64,000 nt of DNA from Oculina patagonica (taxonomy: Eukaryota). A model generated the notes under the pieces. That model was not told where the DNA came from and searched no databases. It saw nothing but the letters and a program-made list of their open reading frames with translations. Positions 50,247-60,520 of the stretch are shown here, one piece after another; within the stretch, counting starts at the first letter, position 1, and each line of letters begins with the position of its first letter. The stretch covers positions 24,366,001-24,430,000 of the forward strand of contig NC_135759.1 of assembly GCF_052425735.1 (NCBI RefSeq), in the 5' to 3' direction. The translations under genes and the position numbers were made by a program.

Positions 50247-50879
50247 GAGCAATAATGCCTTTCACGGAGTTGAAACTGTCGGTGATGTCCTAGTTGTGTG
50301 ATCAATCCCGATTAACGGCCTTTGCCTGACACAAATGTATGAAAATGAATCAGTTTTACAAATGTCAGCCATGGCCAAGGAAACAATTTTATAAAAGAGA
50401 GTGGCTAATGTGACACGCATTTCAAATGCAAATTGTCCTCTTTGATCTCCAAGGTGAAATTAATTGCATTTTGCTGTCTATAAGCGAGTCGTAAGGGTTT
50501 GTGAAGGGAATTAGTTTTCCTTAATAATTAGTTTCGTCCACCTGCGTCTCAGATAAGATAGTGATAATTACCAAATTTTCATCTCTGGCTATTTGCTCTT
50601 TTTGTAGATATTATAAAATAGGACTGAAGCCGGTTCAACATACGTGCGTTGCATTTACGAACAGCGGCTGGGATTTCTAGCTGAATCGTTTCCATTCTGA
50701 AGTTAACAGAGTATACATATTGGAAAATAGGTATATTCCGCATAAAACACGCAGCCAGCAATAAAAAAAACATTTTTTTAATCAATTTCACAAGACGTTT
50801 ACATACGGTGACTACTCCTTTGAAAGAGTTAACATGGTCGACGTTTGGTTGCAAACAGTATATTTTTCTACTATAAAAC

Positions 50880-51655
50880 AAAAAAACTAAAAAAATGTTG
50901 TGAACAGTGTCATTTTGTGTAGTTTACACAAACGTTTCGGGCATAGCCCTTCTTCAGTGTGAAACCGTTTTCCAATGTGTGTACGCGATCGCATGTTGGA
51001 TTTAAAAGGCCCAAGAGCGCGCGGAAACCTAAGCGCGCGCGCCCAGTTTAAATGAAATGAAAAGCATTGTTCAAGCCCTGCGGTTGCATTGAACCGAGCT
51101 TAAAAATGCTTTCCATTTCAATTTGCCTCCGTCGCGCTCCGGAACCAGAACACATTCTTAGTCCTCTAACTTGAATGTATTATAGAGTGTGGCCGGGGGA
51201 GTTGAAATGTTCCGCTACAGGGAAACCGGGTGTGTTCTTTTCAACGCTTCGTAGGTGTTCTCCGAAACGCTCGCGGAGAGAACGTCCAGTTTCCCCAATG
51301 TAAAGCCTTGAACATCGACGGTTGAGGTGCTCGTGGATGGTAGTTGAGCACTTCGGTCCGCGTACATGTACATCGGATGTGGTGTACTGGCATGTGCGGC
51401 AGGGCGGGTGTTCACACGCGAATGTTCCTGGTTCGTCTGTCACACAGCGGTCGGAGGTATGTACCAGGAGATCTCTTAGGCTGCAACTGCGTCGATATGG
51501 AACAATAGGTGATGCTGGAAATATTGCTGCAGTCGTTGGGTCACTCATCAGGATGTTAAAGTTGTTAAGCAAAATGTGCTTAATGCGTGAACTTAGCGGG
51601 TGGTAGGTGAATACGAGATGGGATCCTTTCTTCGCTCTGCCTTTGGATAAAACTT
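50880..51655 (-). mobile_element. 5'-truncated Penelope-like retroelement (GIY-YIG endonuclease region and 3' end)
   Basis: LVFTYHP...YRR..SLRDLLV..C..CRTC..LYIGETGRSLRERFGEHLR..VAEHFN..GH, continuing past a stop to IFKLGSMQPQGLN; the first (GIY) motif is deleted. Confidence 0.9.
50922..50965 (-). ncRNA. Minimal type I hammerhead ribozyme
   Basis: GTTTCACA-CTGAAGA-a-GGGC-tat-GCCC-GAAA-cGTT-TGTG(t)AAAC: full core, stem II, stem I with one bulge, palindromic AAACGTTT stem III. Confidence 0.75.
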
Positions 51656-51682
51656 TATTGGAAACAGTTGCAGTGCAGTAGC

Positions 51683-52433
51683 TTATTGAGTTCCATGGCA
51701 AGCACTGCAAGCATTGATGAAAAATGAGGCAAATAACACAAAAGAAGAGCCCCATTTGTCAACAGCATGTTATTCTTGTTATTCTTGCATTGAATGACAT
51801 TAAAGTCTACCGCTGGTTCACCGGAATTCCTCTGTTGATGAATTTGAGCAACATGACGGCGAAGGCCACGATGAATGCTGAAATAGCACAGAGATGTAAC
51901 CAAACAACAACTTAGCAATCCGATTGTCCCAGAAACTTCATTGATTTGCTGAACTGCTGCGAGGATCCACACAAACGCGAGAGTAGAAACAACTTGTCTA
52001 AGTTTCACGAGTTTTTGATATCTCAAGTGAAGATGAAATGCGAGATATCGATCAACGGAAATTGTAGCAATGGATTGAAGGGAAACCGCTACAATAAGGG
52101 CTGTTGCGTTCCATATATGATATCTATAGTACTGTTATACTTGGGCATTTCCAAGATGATCATCAAGTAGTTAGTTATGAACAAAGGAAGAACAACCAGT
52201 CCAACGATGAGATCGGTCAAAGCCAAACTACATAACAGCGCTTTTGACGAAGAATGTAGAGATTGGCACTTGCGAAGAGCGAATAGGATCATGGTGTTTC
52301 CAAAAGTTGATGAAACTGAGCAGATCACGCTTACAACACATGCAAAGATGTAGATAGTCTTCGGGAATTGTTGCGTGGCGGGATAATAGTGAGTGCTGGT
52401 AGAACTGCAATATGATCCGGATGTCTCGGTCAT
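51683..52433 (-). pseudogene. GPCR pseudogene (48887-like)
   Basis: Frameshift in TM3, ECL2 deletion, TM7 and C-terminus deleted, TM3 Cys lost. Confidence 0.9.
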
Positions 52434-53424
52434 TTCATTTGACGATATATCGATACCGATTGCTGTTTTTTCTTCAGAATCTGGTACTAAATCAGAGAAA
52501 ACGAACAGACGGATCGGTCACGAGTTGTTGTGACAAATAGATGAAGAAACGAAGGTAGTGATGATACAATATTTTTGGAAATTGGTAATTGAACACTGAC
52601 AAGCTGCGTATTGTTGGGTATTGCGGGTGTCCCCTTCGAATTCAACCATTAAGTTCAATCGTCCGTGGACTACTGTCTGTTGCTATTTTTTTAAAAAAAA
52701 TTCTTGTCTCACTTTCGCTTCCAATGTCTGACAGATGACTTAAGAGATATGTTTTCATCACATTCCTGTAAATATCCCTGAAGGTTGTAGTTGACCAGGC
52801 AAAGTAGAGTTTGCAGTCGAGGGTGGATAGATTCATTCGTTTACATTTGTCCATAAGCAACAATGACTTTAGATAAAGGAATTAATGCTCGCGCCGACAT
52901 TGGCTGTTGACTGGGAAATGACTTTGATTTTGAATGACAATAAGTGCAAAAAAGAGTGGTTAAAACTTCGTGTGGGAGACATTTTTAACAATGTGGGGTA
53001 TGCGTGAAAGCAAACTCACGGGGAGTTTAAGAGATTTAATTTCCCACTTCTGTTCACTTTGTTTGTTTCTTACAAAGAGTTCCTCAGCTCCTTTTGTTTA
53101 CTCAACACCTGGGAATAAAGAGTTTATTTGAAATATATAAAGGGATTATACTTATGACGCCGTGGACTAAATGGTAAAAGAATACGTCCTAACAAAAAAT
53201 ACGCTTATCAACGCTGCCATTAAAACCCAGCATTAATTACACGGCTGGATGTATCGCCATAAATTAAAGTTGGAGCTATACACATATAATAACGAAAAGG
53301 CAACTTCATACCATATGTACATCTCTTTAATGCGGTTTTCTGTTGTTTGAATAGTACATTTTCATAGAAATTCGTTTCTTCAGCACTATTTGTTTCTAAC
53401 TGTTTCTACATCATCCCCCTCAAA

Positions 53425-54348
53425 CTACGATCGCACATGCAAGGGGCGGCAGGTGCTATGATAAATGGCAAGCGATTCTTGTCTTATTTCTTTCAATTTC
53501 CAGCAATAAATAACCGGGTTTAGGGAAGAATTCAAGTAAATTACAACAGAGGTTACGTTTTTCGCCAAAATCAGGGCATTGCCATCGATTGCTATAAGTA
53601 AAACCAGGTTAAGATAATACGGGACGTAGCATACAAGCAGACAACAATATACCCAAACCATACTGACTACAGATCTTTTGTATTGACCGAAGCTAAAGCC
53701 GCCATTTTTGGGATTCGTGGCCGGTTGACTTTGGACCTGGATAAGCGTTGCTTGACGACGCAAACCTTTGTAGATCCTCTGATAACAAACCAGAGTAATA
53801 GCCACACAGCTCAAAATTGCTACAGTTCCCAATACCCTGTTAAGAGTCTCATTCACTATCTCGGTACAAGCCCAAATTATTGCCAAAATCCACTCCGCGA
53901 TTAGCAACAAAAGTACCCTTCGCAGTGTAACAGCTTGGCGGTATCTTAAACGGAGTCGGAAAGCAAGGTATCTATCCAAAGCAATTGCTGTTGAGGTAAA
54001 GAAAGAAACAGTTCCCATCACGGCAGCGATGATGCGAAAAGGTCTCCACAGTAGACAGTACAGTGAAGGGGCCTTTAATATCACAGCCAGATTCAGTGCC
54101 AGTTTCAGAGGAACGACTACAGCACCAACACCAAGATCGGACAGTACCAGGCTGTAAAGAAGGGCCTTAGACGGGGGATGCAGAGTTTGACATTGTTTCA
54201 GAGCAGCCAGGATCACACTATTTCCAAGTATGGCGGTCCCTAGAATAAGGATGTTTGCAACGCTTACGACGTAGTAGACTTCGTTTGGGAAATCGTGTGT
54301 TCTGTTGTATTGACCAAAATACGCTGGAGAGCAAGCTGTTTCGTTCAT
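53425..54348 (-). CDS. Class A orphan GPCR, divergent sister of the array, 307 aa, intact
   Basis: CQTLHPPSKALL, SLVLSD, DRY, CYVP, NSSLNPVIYCWK shared with the main subfamily; extracellular parts differ strongly. Confidence 0.93.
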   Translation of the reverse strand: MNETACSPAYFGQYNRTHDFPNEVYYVVSVANILILGTAILGNSVILAALKQCQTLHPPSKALLYSLVLSDLGVGAVVVPLKLALNLAVILKAPSLYCLLWRPFRIIAAVMGTVSFFTSTAIALDRYLAFRLRLRYRQAVTLRRVLLLLIAEWILAIIWACTEIVNETLNRVLGTVAILSCVAITLVCYQRIYKGLRRQATLIQVQSQPATNPKNGGFSFGQYKRSVVSMVWVYCCLLVCYVPYYLNLVLLIAIDGNALILAKNVTSVVIYLNSSLNPVIYCWKLKEIRQESLAIYHSTCRPLHVRS

Positions 54349-55131
54349 AATGAGCGAAAGTTAGGAAAGTGTCTTCAGTGGAGTCGAAATTGTTGGTAAT
54401 GTTGCCAGTTGCACGATCGACCTCGATTAACGGCCTCTATGTGCGACAAATGTATGATAATGAATCAGTTTTTCAGATGTCAGCCATGGCCAAGAAAACA
54501 ATTTTCTGTTACAGTGGCCAATGTGACGCTCTCTTTACATGCAAATCGTCATCTTTTAATCAAAGGGTAAAATTATTTGCATTTCCTTGCTTATGGCGAG
54601 TCGGAAGGGTTTGTGAAGGGAATTGTTTTTCCTCCTTAATTAGTTTCGTTCACCTGCTTCTCAGTCTAAATACAGTAGTGATATTCATCTCTGGCTATTT
54701 TTCTTTTAAAAAGGACAAGTGCCGGCAAAGACCACTGACTTTGAAAAAACATGTCGAAAAACGTAAAAATAAACCCACAAGGTACTGAGCTAACTCGACT
54801 CGGTCTTACAGGTAAATAACAACTTACTATAGGAGATGTGTCCTCGTTGTTTCAAGCAATGAGGCGAAACGAAGTTTATTGCTATGGGATAAAACAGCGT
54901 GTCTTTAAAATCATTTGGAACAACTGTGACATGTAACTCTATGCATTGCATTGCATTACATTGAATTGCTAAGTTACGAAAAATACTACTGAAGCAAATA
55001 TGAAAGTCCTACCGAAAATAAAATTTTAAAGCAGTTTGTTTAACATAGCTGTGCGAAAATGATAAAGATATCCAGTATGCGTTTCTTTTCTCTAATAACC
55101 CAAAGCATGGAATTAATCTTTTCTTTACTAC

Positions 55132-55257
55132 TAAGGCCCAGGCCAAACGTCGAACTTCGCCTGAGTCGAACCTAATGCAAATGACTAAAAACAATAAGTT
55201 TTGTTCATTTGCATTAGGTTCCACTCATTTGAAGTTCGACGTTTGGTCTGGGCCTTA
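55132..55257. mobile_element. Palindromic MITE
   Basis: taaggcccaggccaaacgtcgaacttc...aacctaatgcaaatga / tcatttgcattaggtt...gaagttcgacgtttggtctgggcctta form a near-perfect hairpin. Confidence 0.85.
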
Positions 55258-55689
55258 GAGGAACCTGGAAATAAAAATATGCTGATCGTACAAAGGCAAT
55301 TAAACAAACACAGTACAATCGCGCTTCCTGCAAACGTAAAGAAAACCACGACTTATTAACATCAGTTTACTTTAAAATGCAACCGCAGTTTCTACCCTCT
55401 TCGGAGAAACCTACAGGTAACCTCTATTAAGGGTTGATCAGTCATGACGAGGAAGGTGAGTCTCGATTTGCTTGATTAACACGATTCGATATTCCGATCG
55501 AGAGATGCACGCTTTAGAACACCTTATCATCGCATTATCTCTTGGACCGGCGTGATAAACAGTTGCTCATAAGGTTTTATCAAAAACATAACGCGGCAAT
55601 AAAAATTGAAAATATTACTAACAGCTTTCATTGGGGGGAAGGGGGTGTGCAAGGTCTTGCAACACAGACCGTAGGGGTTATATTTGTCG

Positions 55690-57190
55690 CTTAGAAACGG
55701 TGATTGGTGTTTTGACAGTGTGCATATTTTTCTTTTTTACAGAGTAAGCTCACAGTACAGGGACTAACGTATAGTGTCCGTTCTATCATTTTAGAGTGGG
55801 TTTCATTTTAAGATGAAAGTGGTGAGTTCATTTTATACCGTGATAAAATCTTTAATGTTTTTGCATAATATCTTTGATCGCGGTGAGCACATTAGCAGAG
55901 TTTTTACTCCGTTTTTCAAAGATAAAACGGCATCGAAGTGGCTGATAAAGCCTAATTTACGTTAGAGCTTACGTTTTCAAAACTTTGTTCCTTTACCTGT
56001 GTAATATAATAGTGTACAAAACCTAGGAACACCTCACGAACTGCAACATCAGTGTCATTAAAATAGACAAGATAAACAGCCGATACACTTATGTTTGCAT
56101 TCCAAAACTTTAGCGAATACTGAAACAAACCTCAAAAACGGCAACATGTTACTAAAACAGAGAAGATAAACAGATACGCTTCGTCTACATTCTCAAACCT
56201 TACATAGAAAACTGACTTCAACCGAATTCTTGTTTTGATTCCAAGTTTAATGTATTCTCGTCGGTGTTTGTGTAGATGGACTGGAAATGCAGATTATGCA
56301 AAACAGGGAAACTGAGATGTTATGGTGAACGAAATATAAAACAAGCGACTCATAGCTAATAATTTTTCGTTAAATGTACCGTCAAAACATTTTTGCTTAT
56401 CTGCAGATTGACGTGTGTCATAAGTTAAAGCACAAATTCTAATGTACGGATAGATCTAGTCAATCTTGATCTTGGCTGTATAATGTGTAATTTGTGCCTA
56501 ACACCTGCAGCCCGGGCCTAATAATTACCGTTGCATTGTGTTAATCGAAACATGGAAGGTAACCAGCCGAAATAAGTTTCACTAAAAAAAACAATGTGAA
56601 ATATTCTGTGTCATCCCGCATGTTAGGCTGTGAATGGCAATCTAGACACAAGTAAGTAATTTCAGTAGTTGTAACTATATATTCCGCACTTAAAAGTAAT
56701 GAATGATTAATTAAGGCGACAAAGGCAAGCAAAGGGACAAAGAACCGTTGTACTAAGTAGATACTCACGGACAATAAAAATTCAAAACTGTGTGTAATGT
56801 TGGAGCATACTACATGGACAACATTTTTGAAAGTAGATAGCCGCTTAATACGGACACCGGCTTACTATGTTTGGCAGGACTTTAAAAAGATCATTCATTT
56901 TCTCTTACGTATATATTAACCTGCTTAATACGAACACTGGTCATTGCATACAACGGACAATTTTCTGTGTCCCAAATTGTATCAAGCATAAAATTGAACT
57001 ACGACATATACCTTCACGTTGTAGATACAGATTTTTTATGTCGTTCAAGTTTCTTCATCGCTACCATTCGTTAATAAATGCTAATGCAATTGTCTATTTT
57101 CAGGATTGAATTTTCTATTGAGTTCACGAAAGAACGTCTATGAAAAGTAGACGACTTTAGCTAATTGCGTTGCCGGAAAAGTTCAGAAGA
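55690..57190. repeat. K2P upstream region, duplicated at ~62390-63925
   Basis: Colinear from gaaacggtgattggtgttttgacagtgtgc to ttcagaagatggaccc. Confidence 0.88.
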
Positions 57191-57478
57191 TGGACCCACT
57201 GCTCAAAACAGTGCTCTTGCGGTCTTTTGCCTTTCTATTATGGATCTTATTCAGCGCTTGGTTGTTTTCTATGGTGGAGTACACGGATAAGGATGATGTC
57301 GGAGAAAAATATCAGTTGTTGCTTTCTTTGTACGATTCCATGGCATCTAAATACAACATGACCATCGACGAGTTTAACAACTTTTCCAATCTTGCGCACG
57401 AGGCCTTAATTGACCCTAAGCCACAGTGGAGTTATAATGCTGCATTGGATTTCGTCTTTCAATCTTTAACTACAATTG
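57190..57478 (+). CDS. Two-pore-domain K+ channel (KCNK family, TASK-like), coding exon 1: M1, cap, P1
   Basis: ...QWSYNAALDFVFQSLTTIG, with donor G|GTGAGT splitting the first Gly of GYG. Confidence 0.88.
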
Positions 57479-57579
57479 GTGAGTCAAAATACGAACTGGC
57501 TGAATAGAGATTTAGGACAGACAAGACAAAAAATACTGACCTCTTGGAAAAACTTGGCTAAACTAGCAAAATGCCAATG

Positions 57580-58396
57580 CAGGCGCGTAGCTGAGGTTTA
57601 TGGAAGGGTGTCGATTGACAGGAAATTTATTAGGGGGATATACGAGCGCCAAGGCGCCAGGGGCGGGGCATGTCCCCCGAATATTTTGAATCTAGAGGCC
57701 CGGAAATGCTATTTTCAGCATTGACACGTCAATATCAACTCGAGGAGGTAAAATAACAGGTAGTCATAACAACAATCGAGGAACCACTCCCAGGACGAGC
57801 AGGACAGCAGGATCGAGCCAGGACGAGCCAGGTAGCAGGACGAGCGGATCAGAGGACTGAGCGGAGCGCCGGCCTGAATGGCACTCCGGTAGCAGCGCCC
57901 CGACTCTGTAGGCGCACCGACCTAAGCGTGCCAGCACCGGAGCGACACGAGAGCGGGAGTATAGGGAGGAGAAAAAGGGTGGACCAGCCGACGACCCGGA
58001 CGCCGCGCATCCCAAATTCCGGCGGGACACAACACCGGCAGACCACGACAAAAGCGACGGGGCAGGACCAGGAAGCAAGCCCCCCACCCCCGGCTCCACC
58101 GTCAATGACAAGGCGCGCGTCAAAGACAACACGATCCCCCCATGTCCCCGCCCCCAAAACTCCACCCGCGCCTGAAATGACATGAGACTAGCGAGACCAC
58201 CACACAGGCGAGAGACGACAGGTGGAGGCAAAAGAGACAACCCGGCCAGAGAGCGAGAGCCCCCTACTCCGACAGCGCAGGGTATATAAAAGCTCAACAC
58301 CAAAGTTTCCTCCCCACTATTGAAAGTAAATCAAGTTTCAGTCCTCATATGACCAGGGGTTCGTTCGAACCCCTCTAACCCCCTCCTACGCGCCTG
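57580..58396. mobile_element. Intronic non-autonomous DNA transposon (hAT-like termini, 5-bp TSD) carrying a nested insert
   Basis: TIR caggcgcgtag/ctacgcgcctg; caatg on both sides (57575-79, 58397-401). Confidence 0.8.
57722..58340. mobile_element. GC-rich nested insertion, class uncertain (possibly a terminal-repeat region of a DIRS/Ngaro or LTR element)
   Basis: Sharp rise in GC and CpG inside the MITE, strong strand skew, gggtatataaaag motif, no credible ORF. Confidence 0.45.
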
Positions 58397-58740
58397 CAAT
58401 GTAAAATGCAATGTTCAACTGACTTTGATGTGGAAAATACAATATGCTCCCATAGAAATCCATCGAAATAAACATTACATAAACTTTACTCCTTTTTGGA
58501 AAAAAAAACATCAGCAATAATTGTGATTATACGAAGGGAATGGAAAATTTCACCTTGTTTTGTAGTAGCATTCACGGGCACCACTTTGATGAAACCTGGT
58601 CAAAATGCTTTAATATTCTTACTGAACAACCCACATAACGTGTTTCTCTGTTAAATATTATTGAAAACCGCTCCAGCCAATTTAAGTGAGCTTTTTCTAT
58701 GGGTCAATGTCTGAATATGTTTATGATATAGTCTTAATTT

Positions 58741-59024
58741 GGGAGGCGCGGTGGCCTAATGGTTAGCGCGCTCGACTCCCGGGTTCGAGGCCTGGCCGGG
58801 GCGCAGCGTTGTGTTCTTGGGCAAGACACTTTATTCTCACAGTGCCTCTCTCCACCCAGGTGTATAAATGGGTACTGCCGAGTTTACTGCTGGGGGGGGG
58901 TAACCCTGCGATGGACTAGCATCCCATTCAGGGGGGGTAGCAATACTCCTAGTCGCTTAATGCTACGGAAACCGGGATAAGCTCCGCTGTATGGGCCACT
59001 TGGCTCGGACACAGACTTTACCTT
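58741..59024 (+). mobile_element. tRNA-derived SINE with a CORE-like central block
   Basis: A box TGGCCTAATGG, B box GGTTCGAGGC, ttgggcaagacactt...tgtataaatggg, tail ctttaccttt. Confidence 0.85.
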
Positions 59025-59233
59025 TAAGTCTTTTAAATTGCTTTGTGCAGTATAACAGGTTATACTTTTGCCATGGTAACCACTAAAATGATGACCACTT
59101 GTTAACCAATCATTGGGCATTTGCTGAAAAGAGTAATAGCAATTCATTAAGTGTTGTAGTACTGACCAATCAAAGTATAAAATCTGGAAGATACTGAAAT
59201 TAATACTGAAGTTAATTTATATTTCTTTTGTAG

Positions 59234-59917
59234 GTTATGGATACATCACTCCTCAAACACCCACTGGCCAGATATTGTGCATCTTTGTCTGTTTACTTGG
59301 GATTCCCATCACATTGCTCACGTTAAAATCTGTCGGTGAACTCGATGCTAAATTGGTAAAACGCAATTGTCACAAAGGTCGAAAAGAAAATCCTAAAAAG
59401 AGCGGAACCAAAACAAGTAGAAATTAAGGGTGCTGTGATTATGTTTTCAACAATGGTGGTGTCACTACTTTTAGCCACCTGGAAAGCGATGATTCTTTGG
59501 GATTTCACTTTCGTCGAGGGATTGTACTTTTGGTTTATAACACTCACCACCGTCGGTTTTGGTGACTACATTCCTTCTAGACGCGGAATTGTCAGGCAGT
59601 CCATTAAGTCTATAAATGGCTCTGAAAATCATCTAAATAAAAATAACTCAGCTAACGCAAATGACTCCACTGCTGTGTTTTTCCTCGACGTGCTTTTTCT
59701 CATATTTTGCATGATGGGACTTGTTGTCGTTTCAAGTGTGTTAAACTCCATCATGGCGGCTCTTGATGTTAATGAGCGGAAATGTCAACTTCGGTGTCCC
59801 GGATGTGTTCCTCGGCATAAAAGGCAGAATCACGTGGACAATGAGCAGTATAACACTCCACAGCAGGAGGAAGCAGAGATGACATACTTAGGCATGGAGA
59901 ATGTTGGATTCCAGTAG
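59234..59917 (+). CDS. K2P channel coding exon 2 (GYG, M2, M3, P2, M4) with a +1 frameshift at 59358-59361
   Basis: Acceptor ttttgtag|GTTATGGA; GYGYITPQTPTGQILCIFVCLLGIPITLLTLKSVGE, then in the shifted frame WDFTFVEGLYFWFITLTTVGFGDYIP. Confidence 0.8.
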
Positions 59918-60459
59918 GAGAACATGGGGTCGGTCTCAGTAAATGAAATTAAGTGAAAGAACTGGATACGTTTTGCTATTTGATAGTAAGCTTACACCTA
60001 TTGCGGTTTTTACTGAATAAATTCATTTGTTCATACTGTAAAGGCTTTGTGGGTCAACCTACGAAGAGTATATAATCATTAGTCTTTGAATGACACTCGA
60101 AATACCATGAAATATGGCCCATGACATATATTAAAAGTTCCAAGGCTAGGAGTTACTCTGGAAGAAATAAAATTATATGCACTGCTCCACTTTAATTACA
60201 CTAGATCATTTACCTAACGTAAGGAAAAGACTGCAAGGCGTACGTAGAGTGCAAAGTACTAGTCTGAATCCCAGTGATATTTAACAATTATCCCACGAAA
60301 TCGCGCGAAATATCGCCTGATACTTAGTTGACAAAGCCGCACGTAGGTCGACTTCATGTATTACGCTTATACTTATTTCATGATGTTATTTCAGTTCGGT
60401 TTTTATTTATGACTGGAGTTGTTATTAGAAACAGTTAAATTGCAGTAGCCTTTGCTAGC

Positions 60460-60517
60460 ATACTTTACATGAAATAATAAAAAGCTGTACAGCGCACGGA
60501 GAAAGGCAATAACTTTC
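60460..60517 (-). pseudogene. GPCR C-terminal remnant (48887-type)
   Basis: KVIAFLRALYSFLLFHV, plus a downstream flank matching ~48850-48886. Confidence 0.7.
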
Positions 60518-60520
60518 TTT

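Noticed and set aside
51180-51755. GPCR-endonuclease fusion gene
   Set aside because: The 5' part reads the receptor pseudogene out of frame, and the endonuclease lacks its first motif and has an internal stop.
57764-58303. 179-aa and overlapping ORFs in the GC-rich insert
   Set aside because: Open in several frames because of high GC; no recognisable domain.
58741-58800. tRNA gene (also 4925-4994)
   Set aside because: A and B boxes are present but there is no complete cloverleaf, and both continue into SINE bodies.
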